Part shown: in pieces, positions 11,593 to 26,320 of the stretch
Layout: each line of letters starts with the position of its first letter
How positions within the stretch are numbered: position 1 is the stretch's first letter
Source: the human T2T-CHM13v2.0 reference genome, Homo sapiens
NCBI RefSeq assembly: GCF_009914755.1
Contig: NC_060931.1
DNA: 64,000 bases
Strand: one strand, 5' to 3'
Program-made: the position numbers and the translations under genes
Notes under the pieces: generated by a model
Seen by the model: only the letters and a program-made list of their open reading frames with translations
What the model was told of the DNA's origin: nothing
Database searches by the model: none

Positions 11593-12827
11593 TACCAGTG
11601 TGGGTTGCGTATGTGTACCTGTGTACATGAATATACTCTCTGTGAATGCTTTTATTCACTTGAATCCAACAATTCCTCCTACAGGCTATATCATAAGTGT
11701 CCAATCATGATCACTTTATTGTCAAAACAAACAAGCACCAATAAAAAACACTGCAAAACAACAACCCAGAAACTTATTTGACCCAACAAAGGGGAAACTT
11801 GTGATACCAACTCAGAACCTTAGAGAGAAATGTGTGAGATTATGCGTGAGATGGAACTGTGATCTGGGAGGCCTCAGGAACATGGCAGCTCTTGTTACAT
11901 CCTTTGCTTTACCTTAGTGTCCATGGGAGCAAACTCTCTGAGAAGGGGACATGGGAACAGCCTCTAAGATGAGGGATATAGGGTAAAAGCGGACTTTTCT
12001 TATATGCTAAAGAAACAAACGTAAATTGTGCAAAGATGCAGTTAAAAAATTTTGTTTATAAAAATAATATATGTCACATGATACATGATTCATTGTCTAA
12101 ATTATAGTAGTCCCACATAATGGCAAATTATATAACCATCTAAATTATGTTAGAGAATATTTAATATTCTTCTTATTGATTTAGTATAATTATTAATATT
12201 TACTAATGTAGGAAATTATTTACCATATTATTTGCTATTATGAAAAAATGTAAATTTCAGAAAAAGGTCAATATCGTATAAATTAAATTTACATCGAAAT
12301 TATAAATACATCCTGCAAGTGACCTGGCTTCACGTGCATGTGACTGAAAATTAAGGGAACACTTCCTTTTCATGCCTAAATAACAGCATAGCAATGGCTC
12401 AAATTCCCATGACTACTTAGGTTATAGACATTTCAGCCTTTTCTGAGGGGATTCTTGCTGGGTGTTTTTGGGGACTCCTGGTGGTTGTTGCCAGCACCTC
12501 AGCTAATGGTCAGGGTTCACACACTGTTCTTGTCATTCCTGGGACACAGCTTCCTCTCCCACAGGTCTCCTCTTGCAGTCTCAAGACCATTGCCTCATGC
12601 ACACTGCTCCCTGCTCACTACTATGTTTCCATCGTGAGCATGGATCCTTTTCTTCATTGCCTATATTGATAGAAAAACTCAGACTGTAATTTTCTATGAG
12701 ACATCAATTAAATTTCATAATTGAATAAAGGTAACATCACAAGGATTAACTAAGAACAACTGCCAGATATGGACATGCAAAGAGCCTACATACAAAGGCG
12801 TGGCCTGGGGGACCTAAGGAGTATCCT

Positions 12828-13275
<448 letters not shown>

Positions 13276-13314
13276 TTATCCCAATCTATGATTCACATTT
13301 AAAGCTTTTTCAAA

Positions 13315-13455
13315 ATGTATTTTGTTTTATTAAGATATAATTTACATGACATAAAATTCACCATCTAAAGGCACACAATTCAGCGTTGAGTAGATTTACC
13401 GAGTTGTACAACCATTACTGCTGTCTAATTACAGAACATTTTCTCCATAACTCAC
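13315..13455 (-). mobile_element. L1MB-like 3' terminal fragment
   Basis: TTTTATTAAGATATAATTTACAT..CATAAAATTCACC..GAGTTGTACAACCAT..CAGAACATTTT. Confidence 0.85.
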
Positions 13456-14183
<728 letters not shown>

Positions 14184-16160
14184 GACACATGAGGGGGATT
14201 CACTTTCTGTTCATGTGATTCCCTTTTCAGTACCCATTTTGTACATGTAGGTTTGAGAGGGTCCAATGCAGTATGGTGCTGTTTGCTGCCTAAGTCATGA
14301 ATTATTTGAGAAATTAGACAAAAATATTAGCTGATGGAAGTCAAAATATCATCTCTTTTTACTGATAGTGTAACTTGAAGAATGTAGCTTATATCTGGAA
14401 CCAAGTGAGTTTCCCATCCTGAGTCCAGAACTGGAATCACTCCCTCAGCTGTGCTGGCGTCAGTCGGTGTCACTGCTGTAAAAGCAGAGAGGTGGTGGCT
14501 GAGCACAGCCAAGGCCGCCACACTAATGGCTTCTCCGTGGGAGGAGACATCAGCTCTTTGGGGAGCAGCATGTCCCACCCTAGTTACTATTCCTCAGACC
14601 TGTGCGCCTTTCTTTCCCATGGAGGGAAAGTCCCTCTCAGGAGACACCCATCCCCTTCTGTAGGTACAGTTTTGTCCTAAACCTCTGGGCAGATAATCAA
14701 GCTCTATCATTACAGCTCTTCAATTGTCAATAACACCAAATGCAGCCAAGGACACCATTCATGGCCAGTTCTTTCCCTGGTCCCCTCTGGCACAAAGTGA
14801 AAGGCATGTCCTCCCTCTGCCCTCAGGGTCTCAGCTCTGGAGTTCCACAAACACCTGCTTAATGTCCCAAGTCTAAGTCTTGCCTATGCAAGAAATAGCT
14901 CCTGAGGGCTATTTTTATATGCAGAAATATATTTTAGTTTATGTCACCGAACAGCTTCCCCTATTACCATCCTTATTCCTGATGAGGACCTGTGCTGTCT
15001 TATGCACCAGACCTAAAGTCTCCTTGAGGACCAGAGCCACTTCTTATAGATGCCTGTGTTCCCAGGATTTAGTGGTTGCCAAGTTATGCGGCCATCATCC
15101 ATTTGTAGTGTTTAAATGGCACAAAAAGTGTCTGGGCATCAGATCTCTGACCACCACCTACCTCACACGCCCTTTCCACTCTGCTCCCGGGGAGCTGTCA
15201 GGGACCACTGAGCATCACCTGATGATCCTGAAGCATCAGCGTGTCCTCAGGGATGCATGTTCCACACATGGCAATGGATTTGGAGAATACCCAAATACGA
15301 TTCTGTGAGGATCATCAGGCCTTTCACATCTTCCTGAGGGGATGGGATTCGAAGAATGGAGAAAAAGGAGAGAGGAGAGGTGAGTTTGGAGAATGTGGTG
15401 TCTTGAGGAAATCAGCTCTCAGGTTTGGGCAGGGAGCCATATGGTCCTCAAGAGAGCCCAGGAGCTCTCGGTCTCCGTAAGAAAGCCCCAAATTCTCTTA
15501 ACAGAACTAAATCTAGTTCATCTGAGGAACGAGCTATGCAGTGAGGATGTGGCTGAACGTCAATGTCCAGATCCTGGACTTCAGCTTCACTGTCACCTTG
15601 GGATGTCACTGCACAAATTGCTGCTACCCCCACCACCTGGTCTTAGGGGGTGGATCACTGCCCCATCACACAGTGGCTTATGCTGGCTTAAACCTGTGTT
15701 CAGGCCCAAGAGGAAGAAGCCTAGAGAATGAGCCATGACTAACTTACCTTTCTGCTGGACAGAGGCCCTCCCTCAAAGCCACAGGGTCCTTTCTGAAGAC
15801 CCTCCCTCCCCCAGATGACTGGCAGCCGGGGGAAAACCCACTGAGTCATGGGAAGACCCCCACTCTTTGCAGCCTTTTCCAGGACAGCCTCACCAGAATA
15901 CAGTGTAGGAAGCACAGCCCCTGCTCAAGAAAGGCCCACAGGCAACATGGATGCAGAGGAGGTTATAGCCAGGATAGAATAGCCCTTTAGGAGGAGAAGA
16001 GAAACACCCTTAGAGAGAGCAAGAAACAAAAGCCATGAAAAGGCTATAGGATTACCTGCACTCTGTCAGCTGTGGAGAGGAAATGGAGCTGCCTTCCTCT
16101 CTGTAATCCTCTACTACCATCTTTCCTCTAGTACAGTAGAAATACGAAATCAGTCTTGCA

Positions 16161-16334
16161 TAGGAGTTCCCAAACCTGTCTGTGCATTAGATTACCTGTG
16201 ATCTTAAAAAAAATTTGAGTCCAGGCCACACCTGAGCTGATTAAATCATAGTCCCTGGGGCTGGGACACAGGCATTGGGAGACTTGGAAGCTACCCAGGT
16301 GACTCTAATGTGTGGACAAGTTTGGGAAACTCAA
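16161..16334. mobile_element. MER5A-family hAT-Charlie MITE
   Basis: GTTCCCAAAC...GTTTGGGAA termini; GCATTAGATTACCTG and CCCAGGTGACTCTAATGTG. Confidence 0.8.
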
Positions 16335-16342
16335 GTCTAGAC

Positions 16343-16525
16343 TGGTGGTTCCTAAAGCTTAGCATCATCAGAATCCCCCAAAGGGCTTAAAGCACTGGCT
16401 GCTGGGCCCCACTCCCAGAGCTTCTGATTCAGGAGTCTGGGGTGGGACCCAGGAATTTGTTTTCCTAACAAATTCCTGGGTGATGCCATGCTTCTGGGTC
16501 AGGGACCACATTTTGAGAACCACTG
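16343..16525. mobile_element. MER5A hAT-Charlie MITE
   Basis: CATCAGAATCCCC..GGGCCCCACTCCCAGAG..CTGATTCAG..GGGACCACATTTTGAGAACCACTG; 8-bp TSD GTCTAGAC/GTCTCGAT. Confidence 0.9.
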
Positions 16526-17444
16526 GTCTCGATATTTAAAAAGGTCATTTTAGTCAATAATGTAAATATACCTTTGAGAGTGAATTCACCCACTGGAAGG
16601 AAAATTGTTCATTCTCAGATTCTTCTCTGCGATAGACGATCATATGGGACAGGGGAGGGCTCCCCCCTCCCTCAAGATCTTGGGCTCAGTGACTGCTCTG
16701 CACTCATTCCAAACTACTTTGCTGGTGTCTGGGGCTCATGTCTACATATGTTGAACTTGGGCCTGTCCTACTTGGCACACTGAGCATCTGGTGGCCCTGC
16801 CTATGGACTTGGTTTCCTTTCAGCTCTCACAGGTCCTACACACCCTATGGGAGTCTGGCCCTGCCTTTGCAGTGCCATCACTTTGTCCTGCCAGCACAGG
16901 CCCCGTGGCCAGCTCACAGGTCCTCAAAGTAGTGAGCCTGCCATGCATGGATGAGGGCTGAGGGATCCTGAGTCAGACCCTCTCTCTTCCGGCCCATGCT
17001 GCTCTGTTGGTCAGCTCTGTTGGGCCGTTGCATGACCGGGTCCTTAACCAGTGCTAACAGGGAGGAGGCAAGTCCCCTTTGTCTGGAGGTTCCTCTGGGC
17101 TTGATTCCTGCAGCAGATGAACAAGAGCGCCCCACTATGATAAGGAACCTGGGCCTGAATGAATCTCCTTTAGCGGCTTCGGGGCTCTCAAGTGGAGGGG
17201 TCCACAGATGCCAAGGCTGCAGCTGGATGGGATGCTGTCCCGTGCTCCACCTCTGCTGTCACTCATAGCAGCTGTGCTACAGCTCTGTTCTCTTCTGGTT
17301 CAACTCCCTCATTAGATCTTGCTCTACTCGGGCTTGTAGGTTCCATGACACATTCCTGTTTCTTTTTCCACAAAGTGCTCCTTAGAATCAAAGTCTTCTT
17401 GACCATCAGACCAGGTGGTGGGCTGGGGGTGCATGCACCTGTGA

Positions 17445-17592
17445 CACCTGGGATGCTTATTCAGCATGGGGTTAGAGTTAAGTCATACCCCAGCACCACT
17501 GAATCAGAAACTCTAGGGACAGGACACAAGAATCTGCACTATAACAGGCACCCCGGATAATTCTTATGTACACTAAGTTTGAGGACAACCAC
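17445..17592. mobile_element. Partial MER5A-family MITE
   Basis: ACTGAATCAGAAACTCTAGGG..GAATCTGCA..TAACAGGC..ATTCTTATGTACACTAAGTTTGAG. Confidence 0.75.
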
Positions 17593-18199
17593 AGTAGGGT
17601 ATTAGCTTCTGAGGACAACTGCATGCTCTTGACAAGACTGTCTTTACCATCTGCCACACACCACACAGGAATCACCATACAGAGGATTAGGTCCCAGAGA
17701 AAGGGGATAAGGACATGATCACAGGTATGGGAACATGATGCTTGCAAATCCCTAGGAAGGCCCATATTTGTGTGTGTGTGTGTGTCCATCCTCTCAACAC
17801 AGCCTGAATTTTTTTCAGTTTAGGAATAAACAGATCCCTGCTTTTGCTTAGACAGTGGTCACAAGAGGCTGTGGTTATTCTTCAAACACTAGAGTCACAG
17901 TCTGCTGCTTACATGAGGAGAGATCCAGGGGGACTGAGGCCCACTTGAGGGAATAGCAAGTGTCTTTCCCTTTCAGGGTTTCCAGTTCTCTCTTGGGCAA
18001 TCACAGGTGCAGTGAACAGCTGGGACTGTGCAATTTAAATGGTCCTGAATCTGAATAGTTGCAACCCTATAAGTTGAAAGTGCATATAACACATCTCCAT
18101 TGTAAACATGAATACATGAGTGTTGAATGAATGGATGGGCAACATAGATGGCAGTTCATGGTCTGCGATGAAGCTCCTACAATGAGTAACAATGCCTGT

Positions 18200-18360
18200 C
18201 ATCAGTCGAGCACTTTGCGTGTGTCAGGCCCTGTTTCAGGCACTTTACTCCTTCTCTGACTGAAAAAATTTTCCATTCTCCAGAAGCACAGGCACAAAGA
18301 TATAAAGTGACTCACCTCAGGTTACAGGGCCAGGGGTGCCTAGGCAGACCTGAGTGTTCA
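18200..18360 (-). mobile_element. MIR fragment
   Basis: GAGCACTT..GTGTGTCAGGCCCTGTT..GCACTTTAC and AGGCACAAAGA..AAGTGACT..AGGTTACA. Confidence 0.6.
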
Positions 18361-18682
18361 GCAGTCCCCTCCCTGCCTCTCTGAACATGCATTTCAGAAG
18401 ACTCCAGGGTACGTTCCTGAAAGTCTTCCTCAGCTTGGGTCCTCTGTCATAAGCATACATTGCTGTCCCTTTGAATTGAGACAGGTACAAACATTCCTGG
18501 AGACAGAAGCCACCTTTAGGCTAAGGTGTATTTTCTCAAGCACATTTGGTGCCCATGAGGAATTGGTAGCGGGATAACTTTTTTTTTATTTGAAATCCAC
18601 AAAAAACCCACAACTCCTATTTAGTTTGCTTCCTCTTGCACTTTATCTTATGTTAAACTCAGGAGGAATTTTGATGTTATAA

Positions 18683-19096
<414 letters not shown>

Positions 19097-20919
19097 TGAA
19101 ATAATTGTAATACCTAACTGTTTGCATGTCAAGATTGTAAAAATTCTACTTAAATAAAATAGTATAAACAACATAACATTAAATTATGTCATATAATAGT
19201 CATCCTGTGACACACAAAAAATTTGGGGGCATTCCACTGATAATGATGGATAGTTTCTACAATTTGTACCTTTTCTAACAAAACTAGAGAGTCTGTTTTT
19301 CTTGTTAAAATGCATGGTGATTTACAATAGTCGAAACTACATTTGGCAGCAAGTTATGTTGAAGACAAGATAGGTAGGAAATATTTTCTTGATTAGATAA
19401 TGGTTGGTTGAAATTCCTTCCAGCTTTTGTGAAACAAAAGTTAGCAACTGAAAGCATATCAGAGGACGCATCAATTTTCCATAAACAGAAGACTGCGCAA
19501 CCTACTTTATTGAAAAACCTTTATGTGGAGCTAGATTTAATCTCTCAATTTGAGAAGCAGTGCCATGAAATAAGATGTTTGCATGCAAAATCTACAGATT
19601 TCCAATGGAAATATAAAACAAAGAAGCGCTGCTTTCCCTTGGGCTTGGCACCTATCTCGGGTTCATTTTTTCTCTGATGTTCTTGCATGGTTTTATCGGT
19701 GGCTTCAGGGAAGTGAAACAGCGGTTTGCTTCCTTAGGAACAAAGGCTTGGAGAATTAAAAAAAAAAAAAAGAAAGAAAGATAATATATTAAAAGTACTT
19801 TCTCTACCGTTCTTTGTATTTGTTATGGATTTCCTGAGGAGTAATCATTGTTTCAAATAATTTATCTTTTAATGATTTTAGCATTTAATCTGGCAAGTAA
19901 ATATGACCTGATTTATGCTTTGCTTTCTTTTTTTTCCCTCTAAATCTCACATGAAAATGTATCTTGAAGTAGGTAAGTTTGAACTATACCAAAACTGAAA
20001 AAAAACATAGCCTTAAAGACATAAGGAGCAAAGTATACATTTTCCATTAGCATATGTCTCCCTAATCAAAAAATGAAACTTTATTAGCATCTTTAAGTTT
20101 AGTTGGTAATGAAGTATTTAGCACGTGGTGTGTGCTTGGTAAATAAATGAATGACAAATAAGATGTGGTCCCGTAGTCAAGATGCAGCAGTGTAGCTGTG
20201 CGCTAACTGGTATATATTGCAAATGTGGTGCCCAGGGACAAAACATACTTCCAGCATGAGCACCTTATGGTTAACATGATAACCATGTTAGTTTCTTCTT
20301 CTCCTCGTTTTTATAACAAGATAGTCATTTCAAATCTGTAATATAGCTATTTAGTGATTTCTGTTTTCTTTTGCCAAATGTTCAACTGTTTTACCTACTT
20401 ATGTAAAAAGTGCTGCCACAAAAACGTCAACATTGTTTCACAGTCTGTTCTCACAAAGCCATTTCTCTCTACACATTTATTTGTGTTTTTACTGGCAATT
20501 GTAGGTGAAGTTAGCATAATTTCTTACCAAGGCAGTTTAGCCAAACAAACAATTTAATTATCTGAAGCCATAAAATTATGATATACCCAGATTGTTTTCT
20601 CCAAATACTTTTTCCTATGTAAGGGAACCAGTCATTCTTGGAGAAATCACCAATTCCAGATCTGACTCCTGCATCTAGAAATAAAAAAGATAAGCCTGGA
20701 TTATCTTGAGGATACAGGGGACTTGCAGAGACTTCTCTAGCTAAATGTAAGACAATTTCAGCATCAAAAATAATGACTGTAATGTTTTGAAACATATTAA
20801 GTAGGTAAAAATATGTGATTTCAAGTGATGTTAACCACATTGGTCATCTTTGGAAGTTTCTAGGGCACCATCACATTCTGAATAAGTAGTAAAGACATAT
20901 ATAATTAAGTTTTTGAGGG

Positions 20920-21830
20920 GATGATATGTACACATTAACTTTCAGGTGATATTTGTAGAAGAATTCCAGCTAAAAAGTACAGAAGAAATGATAGAATTAG
21001 ATAATCATTTTACAACCCCAATGAGAGGCTGGATCTAGGCAGCTATAAAAATTGCCTGCTAACATCATTAAGTGAAGATTGATGGGGAGCTCAATAATGG
21101 CTGGACCACGCTGACCACACTAGAATCTACAGACTTAATCCTAACATACAGCATTACCCAGAATGGAATATCTATCACGCATTCTGGGCAAAATAATTAA
21201 GCCAGCATCTAATCAAATCTTGTCATTTGATTATCAGTTTAGAAGAAATATGGGAAATTAAGGAATATGTGAAATGACATCACAAGGAAGTAACCAACCA
21301 AATCTAGAACATAGGAGGTGCAACAGGACAAATAATCTGGTTATTTTAACAAACAAATGGCATAAAAGAAGACAGGGGAAGGGAGACTCTTAGAAATGAA
21401 AAGAAAACCTTAGAGACTTATCAACCAAATGCAACATATGGAACTTATTTGGATCCTGATTTAAGTAAACTAACCATATGATGTTTTTAAGACAAACATG
21501 AGACTGTAAATCCAAACTGAGCATTAGATGACATTGAGGAATTGTTCATTTTGCTAAATGAGATGGTTGTACTCTGGTTATTTTAAAAATTGTACTTATT
21601 GGACTGGAGAATGATACAAGGTATTTATGGAGGAAATGATACAAAATATGAGATTGCTTTAAAATACTCTAGTCATCCTCCCCAGAACATCTGTGGGTGA
21701 AAGATAAAACAAGATTGTCAAAATGCTGATAATTATTTAAACTGGTTGATTAGGATTTATATGCCTATTCTCTCTGCTTTTGAGTATAATTCAAAATCTC
21801 TAGAATAAAATGCTTATAAAATTTAAAAGG
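20920..21830 (+). mobile_element. L1MC4/5-like 3' UTR
   Basis: GAAGAAATGATAGAATTAG, AGAGACTTATCAACCAAATGCAA, TTTGGATCCTGATT, TATGAGATTGCTTTAAAATACTCTAG. Confidence 0.75.
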
Positions 21831-22566
21831 CATTAAGTAAGCAAAAGTAAAAATCAATTGGACTACATTTATTTGTTTCATTTCCCTTCTGGTAAGGAAA
21901 ATATCTTAAATCCCTCCCTTTTTGTTCTCTGAGAACAGCTCTGGATTTCTGGGCCTCTGCTCTTGGATATCTTGATTTATCATCCTATATATATATATAT
22001 AAGACACCTAGTTTAAAACCATACTACAAACACCCAACCAGACAATCTGCAGTCACATCTTTATAATTGGCTCAAGGGTAAAAGTAGCATGAAAACTAGG
22101 GACTCATTCCAACAATAATGAAAGCATTTCTCTGTTCACTGCTGTGGCTTCAATGACTGTGAAATTTTTCCATTTCTGGAAATCACATCAGTAAGAGAAG
22201 TAGAGCCAAGAGGCTGAGAGCAGGGGCACCTGAAGGGGCCAAGCTTCTAGCTCTGGCTTTGCCACTGAAAAAGAAGTTGTTCTGTAAAGGGTGGAAATTC
22301 ATAGTGCCCAATGCAGAGGATTATTGCTAAAAAGAAGCACATTTAGCTTAGAGCCTGATATAGAGTAAGAGAGTAAGGCATGGTGCACATACTAATGTAA
22401 TATAATCTGTTTTTACTAATTTATGGTGTTTCTGAATTCATCTTTATACTCCTTCCAAGCTCATTCCTTCCTTACAATCAAATTTATTATTCTGGTTTGG
22501 AAGTGAAATTTCTAAATAAAATCAAGTTACCTATACAAGAGAAACTACCAGCTTAAGCCAATTCTT

Positions 22567-22833
22567 GTGTTTTTTTAAAAAATTATTTTCCACTTTTATT
22601 GTAGATTCAAAGGGTACATGTGTTTGTTGCCTGGCTATATTGCGTGATGCTGAAGTTTGAGATACCAGTGATCCCATCACCCAGGTACTGACAATAGTAC
22701 CCAACAGTTAGTTTTCCAACCCTTGCTCCCCTCCTTCTCTTCACCTTCTATCAGTCTCCACAGTCTATTGTTACCATCTTTATGTCTATGAGTACCCAGT
22801 GCTTGGCCTCTACTTATACAGGAGACCATGCAA
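22567..22833 (-). mobile_element. 5'-truncated L1PA16-like 3' end
   Basis: TATATTGCGTGATGCTGAAGTTTG..GATCCCATCACCCAGGTACTG..ATAGTACCCAACAGTTAG; TSD TTAAGCCAATTCTT / TTAAACCAATTCCT. Confidence 0.9.
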
Positions 22834-23340
22834 TTAAACCAATTCCTAATCCAATACATTTCACTCAAGAAAACAATGGAAGCACCCTATACTTCATTTT
22901 CGATAATTTTAGACTCACAGAAAAGTTGCAAAGATAATGCAGTTTCTGTACAACTTTCCGCAGCTTGTATTTGTAAAACATAAGTGTGAATTATTTGATA
23001 AATGATATTTACTGACGTAGGTAGTAGCTGGACTATTTTGAGAGAAACAAAACTGCACCTCAAATGGAAGCCAGTAAAACTATTCATTCATTCATTCTCC
23101 CCTACTTAATAGTTGGTTGCCTGGAATGGTGCTTGCCTCATGGTAGACAGGCAGTAATTTACTATTTATTCGTGCTTAAAGAAGTTATTGAGATCATTGA
23201 CAGCTCTTTGCAATTCTCCACTGTGGAAAATTTCTTTGGTGACAGGAAAGGTTTCTGGCTTCTAGTTCAAGAAAAATGGCAGAAATGGAAGAGCTGAAAC
23301 CTCAGAGATAGTGATTAAAATATAACTATGTTATTTCAGG

Positions 23341-24134
23341 CACTGGTTCTCAAAGTGTGGTCTAGAGACCCCAAAGACACCCTTTTAGGAGTTTATGCTA
23401 GATCATTTTCATAATAATATTTATGAAATTGCTAGTGATATTAATCAAAGTGTTTTATTACTGTAGAATGATATTGTAACATGAAATGTATTGGCATTTG
23501 GAAGATTTGCAAAAGTCAGCGAACCAATATGTTTTAAACGAATAAAATCATGAATGCAAGATCTATTTCAGTCACAAGGCCGACCAAATGTGTTTTAATG
23601 TAACAGAGTAAGGAAAAGTCATCATCATGGCTTCAGATTTCATATTGCAACCAACCTCTAAGAAACTACCTCTTGTTGAACTTTGGTGTGGTATGAAAGA
23701 GGAATATCTACTGTTATCTGAAAAGGCTACTGAAATACTCCTGTCTTTTCCCACCACCTATCTGTGTGAGGCTGGATTTTCTTTATGTATTTACCAAAAC
23801 AACGTATCACAACAGATGAAATGCAGAAGCAGATAAGAGAATCCAGCCATTTTCCATTAAGGCAGACATTTAAGAGATTTATAATAATATAAAACAGTGC
23901 AACTCTTTTCACAAATGTGTTTTTTTCTGGAAAACATATTTTTAATAAAAATGTATAACTTATCAACATTTTAAGAATTTATTATTGGGATTTTAAAATG
24001 AATTATTAAACAAGTATTGATTTATTTTTAAATTTCAAATACAGTAACTCTTAGTGGATATAAGCCACCTGGTGTCATCAATTAATTTTACAAGTGTAAA
24101 GGGGTCCTGAAACTAAAAAGCTTGAGAACCACCG
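23341..24134 (+). mobile_element. Charlie1-family hAT transposon deletion derivative with a transposase C-terminal remnant
   Basis: TIR-like ends CACTGGTTCTCAAA / TTGAGAACCACCG. ORF 23627-23836 reads LPLVELWC..KEEY..LSEKA..ILLSFPTTYLCEAGFS, the Charlie/Buster dimerisation-domain motif. Confidence 0.92.
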
Positions 24135-24929
24135 ATTGAAAGTGTTTCTGAAACTGAGAAGGGACCGCCAGGGCAGTGCAGCCGTGAGCCAGGCAGCAGC
24201 CATCCCATGGGGCTAGTGATCCAGTTAGGGCTCTGGGTTTGAACTTTAATGCCCTCACAGGGCTTCTGTTCCTTGCTCCTGCATAAATGGGAGTTGGATG
24301 GGACACCTTTGCATAAAGCCAATACTTTAGAAGACCTGCAACCCTGGAGAAAGGGGAATAATGAACTTTCTTTACAGGCTTCCTAGGCTTGGGGGATGAC
24401 AAGAAAGCCCATTCATGTCGTGAATTTGATGCAAAAACACAAATTCTTGTGAGAAATAAAACTAATTCTCACCTGAATTGGAATCCTAACCTTCAAAGGG
24501 TGAAAAATCACCAACCAAGGCATTAATGTAAGAATTGGTTCAGAGTGTTTGCTACTCATGAGACACATAGAACAGGCAAATACAAAACTTCTTCAGTGAT
24601 GCTCTTTAGCAACTCAGTCTCCCTGAGATTCAAAATGGTTTGGGGCAAACTGGGTTGCGGTAAATTGACAAGTTTACAGAAGATTTTCCTTCTCTTTCTA
24701 ACAACTGTGATGAAACAAGAACCTCCTTAGCCTGATAAAGGACTTAAAAAAACAAACACCTGCAATAAATACTTGTAGATATAAAACCATAGAAGTAATT
24801 CATTTAATATCTGGGAAAGGACAAGAATAGCCAGTATCAGTGTTAATATGAAGGTCCAGGCACTGCAGTAGAACCAATTTCAACAGAAAGGAAAGAAATA
24901 AAGTTGCCATTTCTCACAGAAAAATTATT

Positions 24930-25700
24930 TGAAATAATATGGTACCTCTGAAAGGTTTCTAGGTAAAATAGCCACATGTAAAAATCAATAGCATGGCTGT
25001 ATATCAATAAAAAATGATTGCAAATGCAAATAAAGAGACATAATTTACTATGGAAACAGAAGCTGTAGGGTAATGAGGAAGAAAATATATTTTTTTAAAA
25101 AATAAAAAGAAACCTAAATAAGTGGAGAGCTACACCAGGTTTTTTTTTTCCAGAGAAGGAAATATTCAACAGATATTCTCCCAAAATAAATTCATACATT
25201 CAGTGTAATCACCAATAATATTCTGGCATGATTTTTTTCTTTAAACGTTGATACTAACTTTCATACAAATAGCACATGGTCAAGTATATCTAGGACAGTT
25301 TTAAAACAAGAGTAAAAATAAAGAGGGACACATTATACTAGATATGAAGACTTATTTTAAAGCAAGAGTAATTAAAACAGTGTAGTATCAGTTCTAGGTT
25401 AGAACAATAAACCAAAGGAATAAAGTAAAAAGCCCAGCAAAACCCAGATATGCACCTTTGAGAAGGATATGAGGGAGGTGACATTATAAATCAGTGAGGA
25501 ACAAGTTGACCAACCAATAAAATATTGAGTTTTCTGCTGGCAATAAAGATAAAATTAGATCCTTCTTCATTCCATAAGCAAAACTAAATTTCAGATTGTG
25601 CAAAACAACAAAACTCTTAAAAGAAAGTATGAGGTAATATCTGAATGGCATTAGAAGAGAAAATGATGTATTAAATTATATACAAAGAAAAAAAAGGAAA
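24930..25700 (+). mobile_element. Very old L1 ORF2 fragments
   Basis: AAAGAAACCTAAATAAGTGGAGAG, ACTAGATATGAAGACTTATTTTAAAGCAA..GTAATTAAAACAGTGT, AAATTAGATCC. Confidence 0.75.
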
Positions 25701-25714
25701 AGAGTGGAACATTT

Positions 25715-25990
25715 TAATCATGTATCAAATAATCCCCCAAAACTCATGGCTTAAACCACAAAGGTATATTTTTTGATCATGCTACATTCCCTTCAAGGTT
25801 TGGCAGGGAGCTCCGTTTATTGGAGACACTCAAAAGCTTATGTTGCCAAAGCAGCCACCACCTTGAAATTGTCAGACCTTAGTGAGCAGTGCTGAGGGTA
25901 CCTTTGTGTAAATTCTATATGGTCCAAGCTAACAGGGCATTTACACTGATAGCACGTGCCACAGAACCAATAAAGTACGTGAAAACACAG
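25715..25990 (-). mobile_element. Old MLT1 LTR fragment
   Basis: CCCCCAAAACTCATGGCTTAAACCACAAAGGTATATTT, typical of antisense MLT1I/K. Confidence 0.55.
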
Positions 25991-26189
25991 AAATTCTGGT
26001 TTGGCTTTGTGAAATTTATAGTAATCAGAGCCACCTCTGCAAACTACTATACAGTAATGACTAATTATTATGCTTAAAATGACTGTGAATACATGCAAAT
26101 AAGCAGAAGATTCGTCTTTCCCTATGCTTGATTTGATTTGATTAAAACACAGAGCTCCATACATTGCTTCAGAAGATACTTAGAGGGAC

Positions 26190-26320
26190 CAAGGTTTTAA
26201 TGTAATTCTTTTCTGTGTCTTTGGGCAAGTGATTTTGATCTACAGACTTGACTTTTTTATTTGTATATTGAAGAGTTTGGGCTGGATTGTTGCTAACATT
26301 CCTTCTAGGTTGTTGATGTC
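26190..26320 (+). mobile_element. MIR3/MIRc fragment
   Basis: CTGTGTCTTTGGGCAAGT..TTTTTTATTTGTA..GTTTGGGCTGGAT..TTCCTTCTAG. Confidence 0.55.
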
